In this document: positions 19,398 to 26,868 of the stretch, piece after piece
How positions within the stretch are numbered: position 1 is the first letter of the stretch
Layout of the letters: each line of letters opens with the position of its first letter
Source: a bacterium
GTDB lineage: Bacteria; Ratteibacteria; UBA8468; B48-G9; JAFGKM01
Direction of reading: 5' to 3'
Assembly (NCBI GenBank): GCA_026416755.1
Contig: JAOAEP010000069.1
Coordinates: forward strand, 1-44,797
Length of the DNA: 44,797 nucleotides
Made by a program: the position numbers and the translations under genes
Notes under the pieces: generated by a model
Database searches by the model: none
Told to the model about the DNA's origin: nothing
The model's input: only the letters and a program-made list of their open reading frames with translations

Positions 19398-19795
19398 TTT
19401 TTATTTTTCCTTTTGTTTTTTTTAAGAATCACAATATTATATCCGTTTTCCCTTTTATATTCAGAATAATCAACCATTTCCTTTATCAGATGGAAACCTA
19501 ATCCATAATCTATTTCTTGTTCTTGAACATTTAAAGGATTAAAAGGTGTACCATCATCAATTATTTCTATATTTATTGTATTATCTATAAGTTCCCAGGT
19601 TACCTTTATAATATTAGGGTCATTATTTTTACATGTAATTATCTGACTGCAAATTTCATCAACTGTTAACATTAGTTCCCACGTCTTTTTGAAACTTAAA
19701 TTTAAAATAGCACACTGCTTCTGAATAAAATTTGAAATTAATTCTAATCCTGCATAACTCGCTTCAACAATAATATAATCTTTTTCTTTTCCCAT
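19394..19795 (-). CDS. GHKL ATPase-type anti-sigma regulatory factor (RsbW/SpoIIAB-like)
   Basis: 133 aa. The E.C.N. region, the D.G..F N/G1-box-like IIDDGTPFNP and GLGFHLIKEMVD resemble small anti-sigma Ser kinases. Confidence 0.5.
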   Translation of the reverse strand: MGKEKDYIIVEASYAGLELISNFIQKQCAILNLSFKKTWELMLTVDEICSQIITCKNNDPNIIKVTWELIDNTINIEIIDDGTPFNPLNVQEQEIDYGLGFHLIKEMVDYSEYKRENGYNIVILKKNKRKNKK

Positions 19796-20948
19796 TATAT
19801 AAAAATTTTATATATATTTTTTCAATCTCGTCAACCATTTTTTCAACAGGAAACAGTTTTTTAATTAATTTTTGCCCTTCTTTTCCCATTTTCTCTGCAA
19901 TGTAGGGATTCTCAAGAAGAAAAAGAATTTTTTCTTTTAACTTCTCTATATCCTTTGGTGGAACAATAAAACCTGTTTTTCCATCTATCACAATTTCCTT
20001 TGCTCCATCAATATCAAAAGAAACTACTGGTTTCCCTCCAGCAAGTCCTTGAGCAACAGCCTTTGGTAATCCTTCTCTTAAACTTGTATGAACAACTATA
20101 TCAATAATACTTACATATTCTGGAATTTTCTCAGGTGGCACAAGTCCTGTAAAAATTACCTTATTATAAATTTTATATTTTTTGGCATAATTTTCAAGTT
20201 CTTCTCGTAAAATCCCATCACCCACAAAAACTAATTTTGCTTCAGGATGAATAGATGAAATTTCTTTAAATGCTTCTAATAAATAGTTCTGTCCTTTTAA
20301 GTAAAATAATCTTCCTATCATTCCAATTAATTTTTCATCTTTCCCTATACAATACTTTTCTCTTAAAATTTCTCTTTTTTCTGCACATTCAATATAAGGT
20401 TTAATTTCAAAACCACTATAAATTACTGTATAATCTTCTTTACGCCCAATACCTGCTTGTAGAGATTTTTCTCTCATAATTTCACCAACACAAATAAAAT
20501 GGTCTGTGAAATAATAAGCGATTTTTTCTAAAAAAATATAAAGGAAGTTTAGAATTTTACTTTGATATGGATGAAAAGGAAGGCCATGAATTGTATGAAT
20601 TACTAAGCATTTACGATTTGCAAATTTTGCAGCAATTCTTCCAATTATACCTGCTTTTGCACTATGTGTATGAACAACATCATATTTATTTTTCCTAAAA
20701 ATAAAAAAGAGTTTGAAAAAAGCAATAATATCATAAAAAGGATTAATTTCTCTTACAAGTTCTTTTATTATTATGAGTGGATATTTTTTTTCTATAATTT
20801 TTTTTTCAAGAGAACCTTCAGGACCTTTTGTAGGCCCACTTATTAAATCTACTTTGTATCCTTTCTTAATTAAACCCTCAACTGTATAAATAGTATTTTC
20901 TTGTGCTCCACCAACTATAAGTCGTGTTATAACATGGGCAATTTTCAT
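19764..20948 (-). CDS. glycosyltransferase family 4 (GT-B)
   Basis: 394 aa. Has the N-terminal GGAQ motif, HTHS and a C-terminal SLREGLPKAVAQGLAGGKPVV..D..G..E.V (E-x7-E type) region. Confidence 0.85.
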   Translation of the reverse strand: MKIAHVITRLIVGGAQENTIYTVEGLIKKGYKVDLISGPTKGPEGSLEKKIIEKKYPLIIIKELVREINPFYDIIAFFKLFFIFRKNKYDVVHTHSAKAGIIGRIAAKFANRKCLVIHTIHGLPFHPYQSKILNFLYIFLEKIAYYFTDHFICVGEIMREKSLQAGIGRKEDYTVIYSGFEIKPYIECAEKREILREKYCIGKDEKLIGMIGRLFYLKGQNYLLEAFKEISSIHPEAKLVFVGDGILREELENYAKKYKIYNKVIFTGLVPPEKIPEYVSIIDIVVHTSLREGLPKAVAQGLAGGKPVVSFDIDGAKEIVIDGKTGFIVPPKDIEKLKEKILFLLENPYIAEKMGKEGQKLIKKLFPVEKMVDEIEKIYIKFLYNGKRKRLYYC

Positions 20949-20951
20949 AAG

Positions 20952-21641
20952 TTATCTCACTTTACACTCTAAAACATATTTTTTCATTATTTCTTTTATT
21001 ACATCAAATTCTTCATCACTATAAGTAGTTTCTTTCATAAAATTCTCATTTACTAATTTTGAGGGGATAAATTTTTGTAAATAATACATTTTACTTCCCT
21101 CTATTATTCTTCCAATTTTTTCAAAATCATCAAAGGAAATCTGTTTTTTTACTACTGTAGTTCTAAATTCATATTCAATATCTGAATTTTTTATTAATTC
21201 AACTGATTTCAATATTTTCTTGGTATCAATTTCAACACCTGTAATTATTTTATATTTTTCTAATGGGCCTTTCAAATCCATTGAAATATAATCAATTAAA
21301 TTTTCTTTTAAAATCTTTTCTATTATTTCAGGATTTGAACCATTTGTATCAATTTTAACCTTAAACCCAAGTTCTTTTATTTTTTCAATAAATGCAATTA
21401 TATCATATTTAATAGTTGGTTCTCCTCCTGGTATACATACACTTTCAAGATACTTCTTCCTTTTTTCTAAAAAAAAGAAAAATTCCTGTTCTGAGTAAAT
21501 ATTTCCAAATTTTTCAGGTAAAACAAGTTCAGGATTATGACAATAAGAACATCTAAAATTACATCCTTGAGTAAAAACAATACAACAAATAGAACCTGGA
21601 AATTCAATTAATGATGTTTTCTGAATTGCTCCTATTTTCAT
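20952..21641 (-). CDS. nrdG: anaerobic ribonucleoside-triphosphate reductase activating protein
   Basis: 229 aa. Contains SLIEFPG......VFTQGCNFRCSYCHNPEL (radical SAM CxxxCxxC). It overlaps the nrdD stop by 4 nt. Confidence 0.9.
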   Translation of the reverse strand: MKIGAIQKTSLIEFPGSICCIVFTQGCNFRCSYCHNPELVLPEKFGNIYSEQEFFFFLEKRKKYLESVCIPGGEPTIKYDIIAFIEKIKELGFKVKIDTNGSNPEIIEKILKENLIDYISMDLKGPLEKYKIITGVEIDTKKILKSVELIKNSDIEYEFRTTVVKKQISFDDFEKIGRIIEGSKMYYLQKFIPSKLVNENFMKETTYSDEEFDVIKEIMKKYVLECKVR

Positions 21642-23728
21642 TTAAGAATAAATGTTTTTCTTATTTTGAATTCTTCATATTTCCCTTTATTCCACTGACT
21701 TATAGGTCTTAAATAACCTACAATTCTTGAATAAATTTCTGTTGTTTTCTCACATTTTGGACAGGTAAAAATTTCTCCATTTAAATATCCATCATCAGGG
21801 CAAATACTAAATGTTGGTGTTAATGTAAAATACGGTAAAGTAAAGTTTTCACATATTGTTTTAACCAGTTTTTTAATACCCTCTTTTGATTCTATTCTTT
21901 CTCCAACAAAAATATGAACAACTGTCCCACCAGTATATAAGGACTGTAATTTATCTTGTTTTTCCAAAACTTCAAATATATCGTCTGTATAATTTACAGG
22001 TAAGTGTGTGGAATTGGTATAAAATGGCTCTGCACCTTTTTTATATTCTATTTCATTTGCAACTATTATATCAGGATATTTATTCTTATCTATTCTTGCA
22101 AGACGATAACTTGTTCCTTCAGCAGGAGTTGCTTCAAGATTGTAAAAATTCCCTGTTATTTCTTGAAACTTAATTAACTTTTCTCTCATAAAATTCATTA
22201 TTTCAATTGCAAAATCAATACCTTCTTCTGTCCCTATATCTTTCCCAAAAAGATTCAAACATGCCTCATTCATACCAACAATTCCTATTGTAGAAAAATG
22301 ATTAATCCAATATTTCCCAAATCTTTCTTTAACATTTCTTAAATAGAATTTTGAATATGGATAGAGACCTTCATCTGTAAATCTTTCAAGAATTTTCCTC
22401 TTTATCTCTAAACTTTCCTTTGCTAGTTCCATTAAATCATTCAATCTACTTTTAAATTCCTCTTTTGTTTTTGATAAATATCCAATTCTTGGTAAATTAA
22501 TAGTAACTACACCTGTACTACCAGTTAATGGATTGGCTCCAAATAATCCCCCTCCCCTTTTCTTCAATTCATCTGTTTGTAATCTTAACCGACAACACAT
22601 ACTTCTTACATCATCTGGTTTCATATCTGAATTTATAAAATTTGAAAAATAAGGAATTCCATATTTACCCGTCATTTCCCATAATAAATCTAAATTATCA
22701 TTATTCCAGTCAAAATCCTTTGTGATATTATATGTAGGGATAGGAAATGTGAAAACTCTACCCTTTGCATCTCCTTCAAGCATAACTTCAAAAAACGCCT
22801 TATTTATCATATCCATTTCTTTTTGAAATTCACCATAAGTAACATTCTGAAATTTACCACCAATAATAACTGGTTGATCTTTATAAATATCTGGAACTTT
22901 TAAATCAAATGTTAAATTAGTAAAAGGGGTTTGAAATCCAGTTCTTGTTGGAACATTAAGATTAAAAAGAAATTCTTGAATTGCCTGCTTTACTTCTTTA
23001 TAAGTTAATCCATCATATCTCACAAACGGAGCCAAAAGTGTATCAAAATTACTAAATGCCTGGGCACCTGCTGCTTCACCTTGTAACGTATAAAAAAAGT
23101 TAACAATTTGACCTAAAGCAGAACCAAAATGTTTAGCAGGACTACTTTCAACCTTACCTTCAGCACCTTTAAAACCTGTTAAAAGTAAATCTTGTAAATC
23201 CCAACCAACACAATAAACAGATAAACATCCTAAATCATGTATATGAAAATCCCCTTCAACATATGCTTTTCTTATTTCTGGAGGATATATGTGGTTTAAC
23301 CAATATGTTTTTGTTATTTCAGAAGATACATAATTATTTAATCCTTGAAGTGAAAAACTCATATTACTATTCTCTTTAACTCGCCAATCAATTTGGTTTA
23401 AATATTTGTCAACCAGGTCTAAACTTGCTTTTGTCGTTATTTCTCTTATTCTTGCATGTTGTTCTCTATAAATTATATATGCTTTTGCTGTTTTTTTATA
23501 AGGGGATGTTAAAAGAACTTCTTCTACAATATCTTGGATTTCTTCTACAGTTGGTATTTTATCTTTTATTATTTCTAATGCAAGGTCAAGGACTTTTATT
23601 GTTAATTTTTTGGCAATTTCTATTCCAAATTCTCCAGTTGCTTGCCCTGCCTTTAAAATAGCATTTGTTATTTTGCTTGAGTCAAAATCAACAATTCTTC
23701 CATCTCTTTTGATAATTTTCTTAAACAT
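21638..23728 (-). CDS. nrdD: anaerobic ribonucleoside-triphosphate reductase (class III) with ATP-cone
   Basis: 696 aa. Has an ATP-cone (IIKRDGRIVDFD), the CCRLRL thiyl region, a C-terminal CP..G......CPKC zinc ribbon and the glycyl-radical motif SRIVGYLRP. Confidence 0.92.
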   Translation of the reverse strand: MFKKIIKRDGRIVDFDSSKITNAILKAGQATGEFGIEIAKKLTIKVLDLALEIIKDKIPTVEEIQDIVEEVLLTSPYKKTAKAYIIYREQHARIREITTKASLDLVDKYLNQIDWRVKENSNMSFSLQGLNNYVSSEITKTYWLNHIYPPEIRKAYVEGDFHIHDLGCLSVYCVGWDLQDLLLTGFKGAEGKVESSPAKHFGSALGQIVNFFYTLQGEAAGAQAFSNFDTLLAPFVRYDGLTYKEVKQAIQEFLFNLNVPTRTGFQTPFTNLTFDLKVPDIYKDQPVIIGGKFQNVTYGEFQKEMDMINKAFFEVMLEGDAKGRVFTFPIPTYNITKDFDWNNDNLDLLWEMTGKYGIPYFSNFINSDMKPDDVRSMCCRLRLQTDELKKRGGGLFGANPLTGSTGVVTINLPRIGYLSKTKEEFKSRLNDLMELAKESLEIKRKILERFTDEGLYPYSKFYLRNVKERFGKYWINHFSTIGIVGMNEACLNLFGKDIGTEEGIDFAIEIMNFMREKLIKFQEITGNFYNLEATPAEGTSYRLARIDKNKYPDIIVANEIEYKKGAEPFYTNSTHLPVNYTDDIFEVLEKQDKLQSLYTGGTVVHIFVGERIESKEGIKKLVKTICENFTLPYFTLTPTFSICPDDGYLNGEIFTCPKCEKTTEIYSRIVGYLRPISQWNKGKYEEFKIRKTFILK

Positions 23729-24179
23729 TTTTTCCTCCTATTTTTTCTATCTCTTTTAGAAACTGATTTATATTATCAAATTCCTGATAAACAGAGGCAA
23801 ATCTAATATACGCGACTTTATCAAGTTTTTTTAATTTTTTTATAACAAGTTGCCCTATTTCTTTTGATGTAACTTCATCTTCATATCTTTGTCTTATATC
23901 TTTTTCAACTTCTTCTACAATTTTGTCAATTTTATCAATACTTATAGGTCTTTTCTCACATGCCTTCTGTATCCCAATTCTTATCTTATCTCTATTAAAT
24001 TTTTCTCTCCTTCCATCTTTTTTTACTACAACTAATGGCTTTAAATCAATTTCTTCATAAGTTGTAAATCTTTTCCTACATTTAAGACATGCTCTTCTTC
24101 TTCTTATTAATAAGCCATCATCTCTTTCTCTTGAATCAATTACTTTATCTTTAAGATAACCACAATAAGGACATTTCAT
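23721..24179 (-). CDS. nrdR: transcriptional repressor NrdR
   Basis: MKCPYCG....VIDSR......IRRRR.C..C..RFTTYE zinc ribbon followed by an ATP-cone. The start is set at the ATG at 24179, since the family begins M-x-CP-x-C. The track start at 24212 adds 11 non-homologous residues. Confidence 0.9.
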   Translation of the reverse strand: MKCPYCGYLKDKVIDSRERDDGLLIRRRRACLKCRKRFTTYEEIDLKPLVVVKKDGRREKFNRDKIRIGIQKACEKRPISIDKIDKIVEEVEKDIRQRYEDEVTSKEIGQLVIKKLKKLDKVAYIRFASVYQEFDNINQFLKEIEKIGGKNV

Positions 24180-24195
24180 TTTCAATATATAGTAT
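24180..24195 (-). promoter_or_regulatory. candidate NrdR box (proximal)
   Basis: The gene-sense sequence is ATACTATATATTGAAA, versus the remembered consensus acaCwAtATaTwGtgt. The core CTATATATTG differs by 1 nt from the palindrome CAATATATTG. It abuts the nrdR start codon. Confidence 0.5.
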
Positions 24196-24211
24196 TTTAT
24201 AAAAAATTTCA

Positions 24212-24227
24212 CATCAATATATTGTAT
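24212..24227 (-). promoter_or_regulatory. candidate NrdR box (distal)
   Basis: The gene-sense sequence is ATACAATATATTGATG, containing the perfect 10-bp palindrome CAATATATTG (24215-24224). It lies exactly 32 bp from the proximal box, which is about three helical turns and typical of paired NrdR boxes. Confidence 0.55.
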
Positions 24228-24238
24228 TTTTTAAAATT

Positions 24239-24266
24239 AATATAACACCTCAAGAAATTTTGTCAA
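24239..24266 (-). promoter_or_regulatory. candidate promoter of the nrdR-nrdD-nrdG operon
   Basis: Minus-strand TTGACA (24266-24261), a 16-nt spacer, then TATATT (24244-24239). The distal NrdR box starts 12 nt downstream of the -10 element. Confidence 0.4.
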
Positions 24267-24292
24267 GTGAATTTCTTAAAATAGAATTTTAT

Positions 24293-24577
24293 TTACTTTT
24301 TACAAGTTGAACAAGAAGAAGAACTACAGGTAGAACAAGAACTTGAAGAAGAGGTTAAACCTTTTTCTTCTTTCTCTCTTCTTTTATATTCTTCACTTCT
24401 ATATTCTGTTGTATAAAAACCAGGACCTTTAAAAATTATACCACCACCAATTCCAACTAATCTTCTTAAACTATCGTTTTTACATTCTGGACATATTTTT
24501 AATGCTTCTTCTGTCATTTTTTGAAATTTTTCAAATTTGTATCCACAATTTTTACATTCATAATCATATGTGGGCAT
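24293..24577 (-). CDS. FmdB family zinc-ribbon protein (CxxC_CxxC_SSSS type)
   Basis: 94 aa. Contains MPTYDYEC..CG..FE.........CP.C and a Ser/Cys-rich C-terminus. An AAGGAGGA SD lies upstream. Confidence 0.8.
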   Translation of the reverse strand: MPTYDYECKNCGYKFEKFQKMTEEALKICPECKNDSLRRLVGIGGGIIFKGPGFYTTEYRSEEYKRREKEEKGLTSSSSSCSTCSSSSCSTCKK

Positions 24578-24627
24578 CTTCGTCCTCCTTTTTTATTAAT
24601 TAGATGTAATAAATAACAAAAAGTTTC

Positions 24628-25149
24628 TTATATGTCAAGTATAGTTTTTTTATAACAAGTAAGAATTTTGCCAATATATAATCGATGATAATCACCAGAT
24701 TTATAAATTTTTTCCTTTATTTCCTTTGCTATCATTTCTGGTTTTATATCTATCTTTCCAATAACTTTACATTCATAACTAATTATACTTTCTTCAACAA
24801 GTGGAGATCTTACATATTTTGATTTTAAAGGAGTTAATTTTGTTTCTTTAAATTTATCAATATTTCTTCCTGAAACTGTTCCACAGTAATTAATAATATC
24901 TTTATATTTATCATCAAAAACATTTAAAGTAAAATCACCAGTCTGTTCAATTAATTCATAAGTATATCTTGATGGTCTAATAAAAATGATAAAAACAGGT
25001 TCGCCCCACACGATACCAATACTTCCCCAACCAATAGTCATAAGGTTTGGCTTATTATTTTTATCAATTGAACAAACAACAACTTTCCCTTCTCTTAAAA
25101 ATTTAATAGTTTCTTTTACAAGTTCAATATAATCTTCTATCTTTTCCAT
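24628..25149 (-). CDS. flavin reductase-like (FMN-binding split-barrel) protein
   Basis: 173 aa. The pattern PNLMTIGWGS.G..WG.P.F...IRPSRYTYELI..TGDFTLNV is typical of flavin reductase domain proteins. Confidence 0.7.
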   Translation of the reverse strand: MEKIEDYIELVKETIKFLREGKVVVCSIDKNNKPNLMTIGWGSIGIVWGEPVFIIFIRPSRYTYELIEQTGDFTLNVFDDKYKDIINYCGTVSGRNIDKFKETKLTPLKSKYVRSPLVEESIISYECKVIGKIDIKPEMIAKEIKEKIYKSGDYHRLYIGKILTCYKKTILDI

Positions 25150-25152
25150 AAT

Positions 25153-25935
25153 TTACTCCTTTTTTAATGTGTCTTTAAAAAATTTTGTAGTTTCTTCTAA
25201 AACTTTTTTTTCGCTTTCTTCTGTTGTAAAAACATGCCCACCTTTATCAAGGATTAACATTTTTAAACTTCTTGCATTTATATGAAATTTTTCAAAATAG
25301 AAAAGTGAATGGTTTAAATCAAGAGTGATATCATCTTTCGTATGAATGATAAAAACGTCACCTTTATATCTTTCAACAAATTTTTCTATTTTCAATTTTT
25401 CAGTTGATTCTATAAATTCTCTTCCAATATAATGTCCTGTTCCTGGAATATAACATTTTCCATATTTTTTAAGTTTTATAATCATCTTTTTAGTTATTAA
25501 TTTCTTCTTAATAATCTCTGGAAAAGCAAGAGGAGACCATAAACATAAAGATCTTATCAAATCAAAATTTGAAGCAACATAAGTCGCAGTTAATGCTCCC
25601 ATTGAAAGTCCCAAAACACCAATTCTTTCAATATCAATAAAATCAAATGTTTTTAAAAATTCTACTGCTTTTTCTCCATCCTTAATTTCTGTCATTAATG
25701 TCATGTCCTCAAAATTCCCTTCACTATCTCCAGAACCATAAAAATCAAATCTTAAAACAGAAATTCCCTCTTTATATAATTTTCTTGCAAGTTTAGTAAA
25801 TAAAAAATGGCTCTCACACTTATTCCCTGTAAAACCATGAAATAGGATAACTCCAGGTGATTTTACTTTTTCATAAATATGAATTACCCCAAACAATTTA
25901 CCTTTACTACCGGTAAAAGTTACTTGTTTTTCCAT
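25153..25935 (-). CDS. alpha/beta hydrolase
   Basis: 260 aa. Has the HGFTG oxyanion region, the GLSMGA nucleophile elbow (GxSxG) and a late D...H (GGHVF). Confidence 0.8.
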   Translation of the reverse strand: MEKQVTFTGSKGKLFGVIHIYEKVKSPGVILFHGFTGNKCESHFLFTKLARKLYKEGISVLRFDFYGSGDSEGNFEDMTLMTEIKDGEKAVEFLKTFDFIDIERIGVLGLSMGALTATYVASNFDLIRSLCLWSPLAFPEIIKKKLITKKMIIKLKKYGKCYIPGTGHYIGREFIESTEKLKIEKFVERYKGDVFIIHTKDDITLDLNHSLFYFEKFHINARSLKMLILDKGGHVFTTEESEKKVLEETTKFFKDTLKKE

Positions 25936-25974
25936 TTATTCTCCTTTTAAAATTCAGATTCCATTCACTTTAAT

Positions 25975-26868
25975 TTATGATTTTTCTTTTGATAAAAAGG
26001 TAATTATATCTTCTATTGTAATTGAATTTAGACATTTTCTTTCTTTACATTGTTTCATTTTTTCCTTTTCACATGGACTACAACCAACTTTTTTATGGAT
26101 AATTTTAACATTTTCACCTTTTGGTCCCCAAATAAATGGAGAAGTTGGACCAAAAATTGCAATTGTTTCTACCCCTGTAATACTAAATAAATGTGTAATT
26201 CCAGAATCGTTTCCAATATAGGTTATAGTTTCTTTTGCTATCTCTATAATAGTATCAAAACTAGGATTTATAAGTATTTCACCTTTGAAATTTTCTTTCC
26301 AAAAGTAAATTTCTTCCTCTTCTGCAGGACCAAGTAATATTTTAACATTTTCTAATTTTTTACTTAATTGCAAAAAGTTTTCTCTATTCCAATTTTTACT
26401 TTTATTTCCACTCCCAGGATGAATTACATAAAATTTACCTTTATTGTCAATTTTAATTCTGTATATTTCTTCAATTTTACTAAAATAATTTTTTATTGGC
26501 TGAAGTAGATAATCTGAGATGTGGATATTTAGTTCTTTTATTATAGGATGAAAGATTATTTCTTTAGTAAAATTCTCTTCTAAATTTATCCCTAAAATTT
26601 CTTTTCTATCACAAAAAGCATAAATAAGGTCAAAATTCTCCAAAAATTTTTTTAAAACTTTATTATTTTTTTCAAAAAAGAAAACAAATTCATAAGAATC
26701 AATAGGAAAAAACTTATCAACACTTCCATAATTTTCAACAAAACTTTTGTAAATACCTTTACCACATACAAAAACCTGATATCCATTATTTTTAAAAGTA
26801 GCAAAAACAGGAAAAGTAAGAATTAAATCACCAAGAGAACCTTCTCTAATTATTAGTACTTTTTTCAT
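25975..26868 (-). CDS. glycosyltransferase family 9 (heptosyltransferase-like)
   Basis: 297 aa. Has the N-terminal LIIREGSLGDLILTFPVF, IGNDSG..HL and the C-terminal CSPC......C....CL..I motif. It overlaps the upstream ORF by 23 nt. Confidence 0.8.
   Translation of the reverse strand: MKKVLIIREGSLGDLILTFPVFATFKNNGYQVFVCGKGIYKSFVENYGSVDKFFPIDSYEFVFFFEKNNKVLKKFLENFDLIYAFCDRKEILGINLEENFTKEIIFHPIIKELNIHISDYLLQPIKNYFSKIEEIYRIKIDNKGKFYVIHPGSGNKSKNWNRENFLQLSKKLENVKILLGPAEEEEIYFWKENFKGEILINPSFDTIIEIAKETITYIGNDSGITHLFSITGVETIAIFGPTSPFIWGPKGENVKIIHKKVGCSPCEKEKMKQCKERKCLNSITIEDIITFLSKEKS

Noticed and set aside
24180-24212. Several track start codons looked too long: nrdR at 24212, trmI at 18684, the transaldolase at 4572, the hypothetical protein at 9485 and the NfnA-like gene at 16601.
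   Set aside because: The shorter starts fit the conserved family N-termini (M-x-CP-x-C for NrdR), sit behind SD sequences, or remove long overlaps with upstream genes. The longer versions add non-homologous residues.
24293-24360. The Ser/Cys/Thr-rich C-terminus (SSSSSCSTCSSSSCSTC) of the 94-aa protein looked like a possible RiPP (lanthipeptide or thiopeptide-like) core peptide.
   Set aside because: The N-terminus is the standard FmdB zinc ribbon (MPTYDYEC..CG...CP.C). A Ser-rich, CxxC-containing tail is a defining trait of that family (the CxxC_CxxC_SSSS type). No modifying enzymes (LanM, LanB or YcaO) are nearby.
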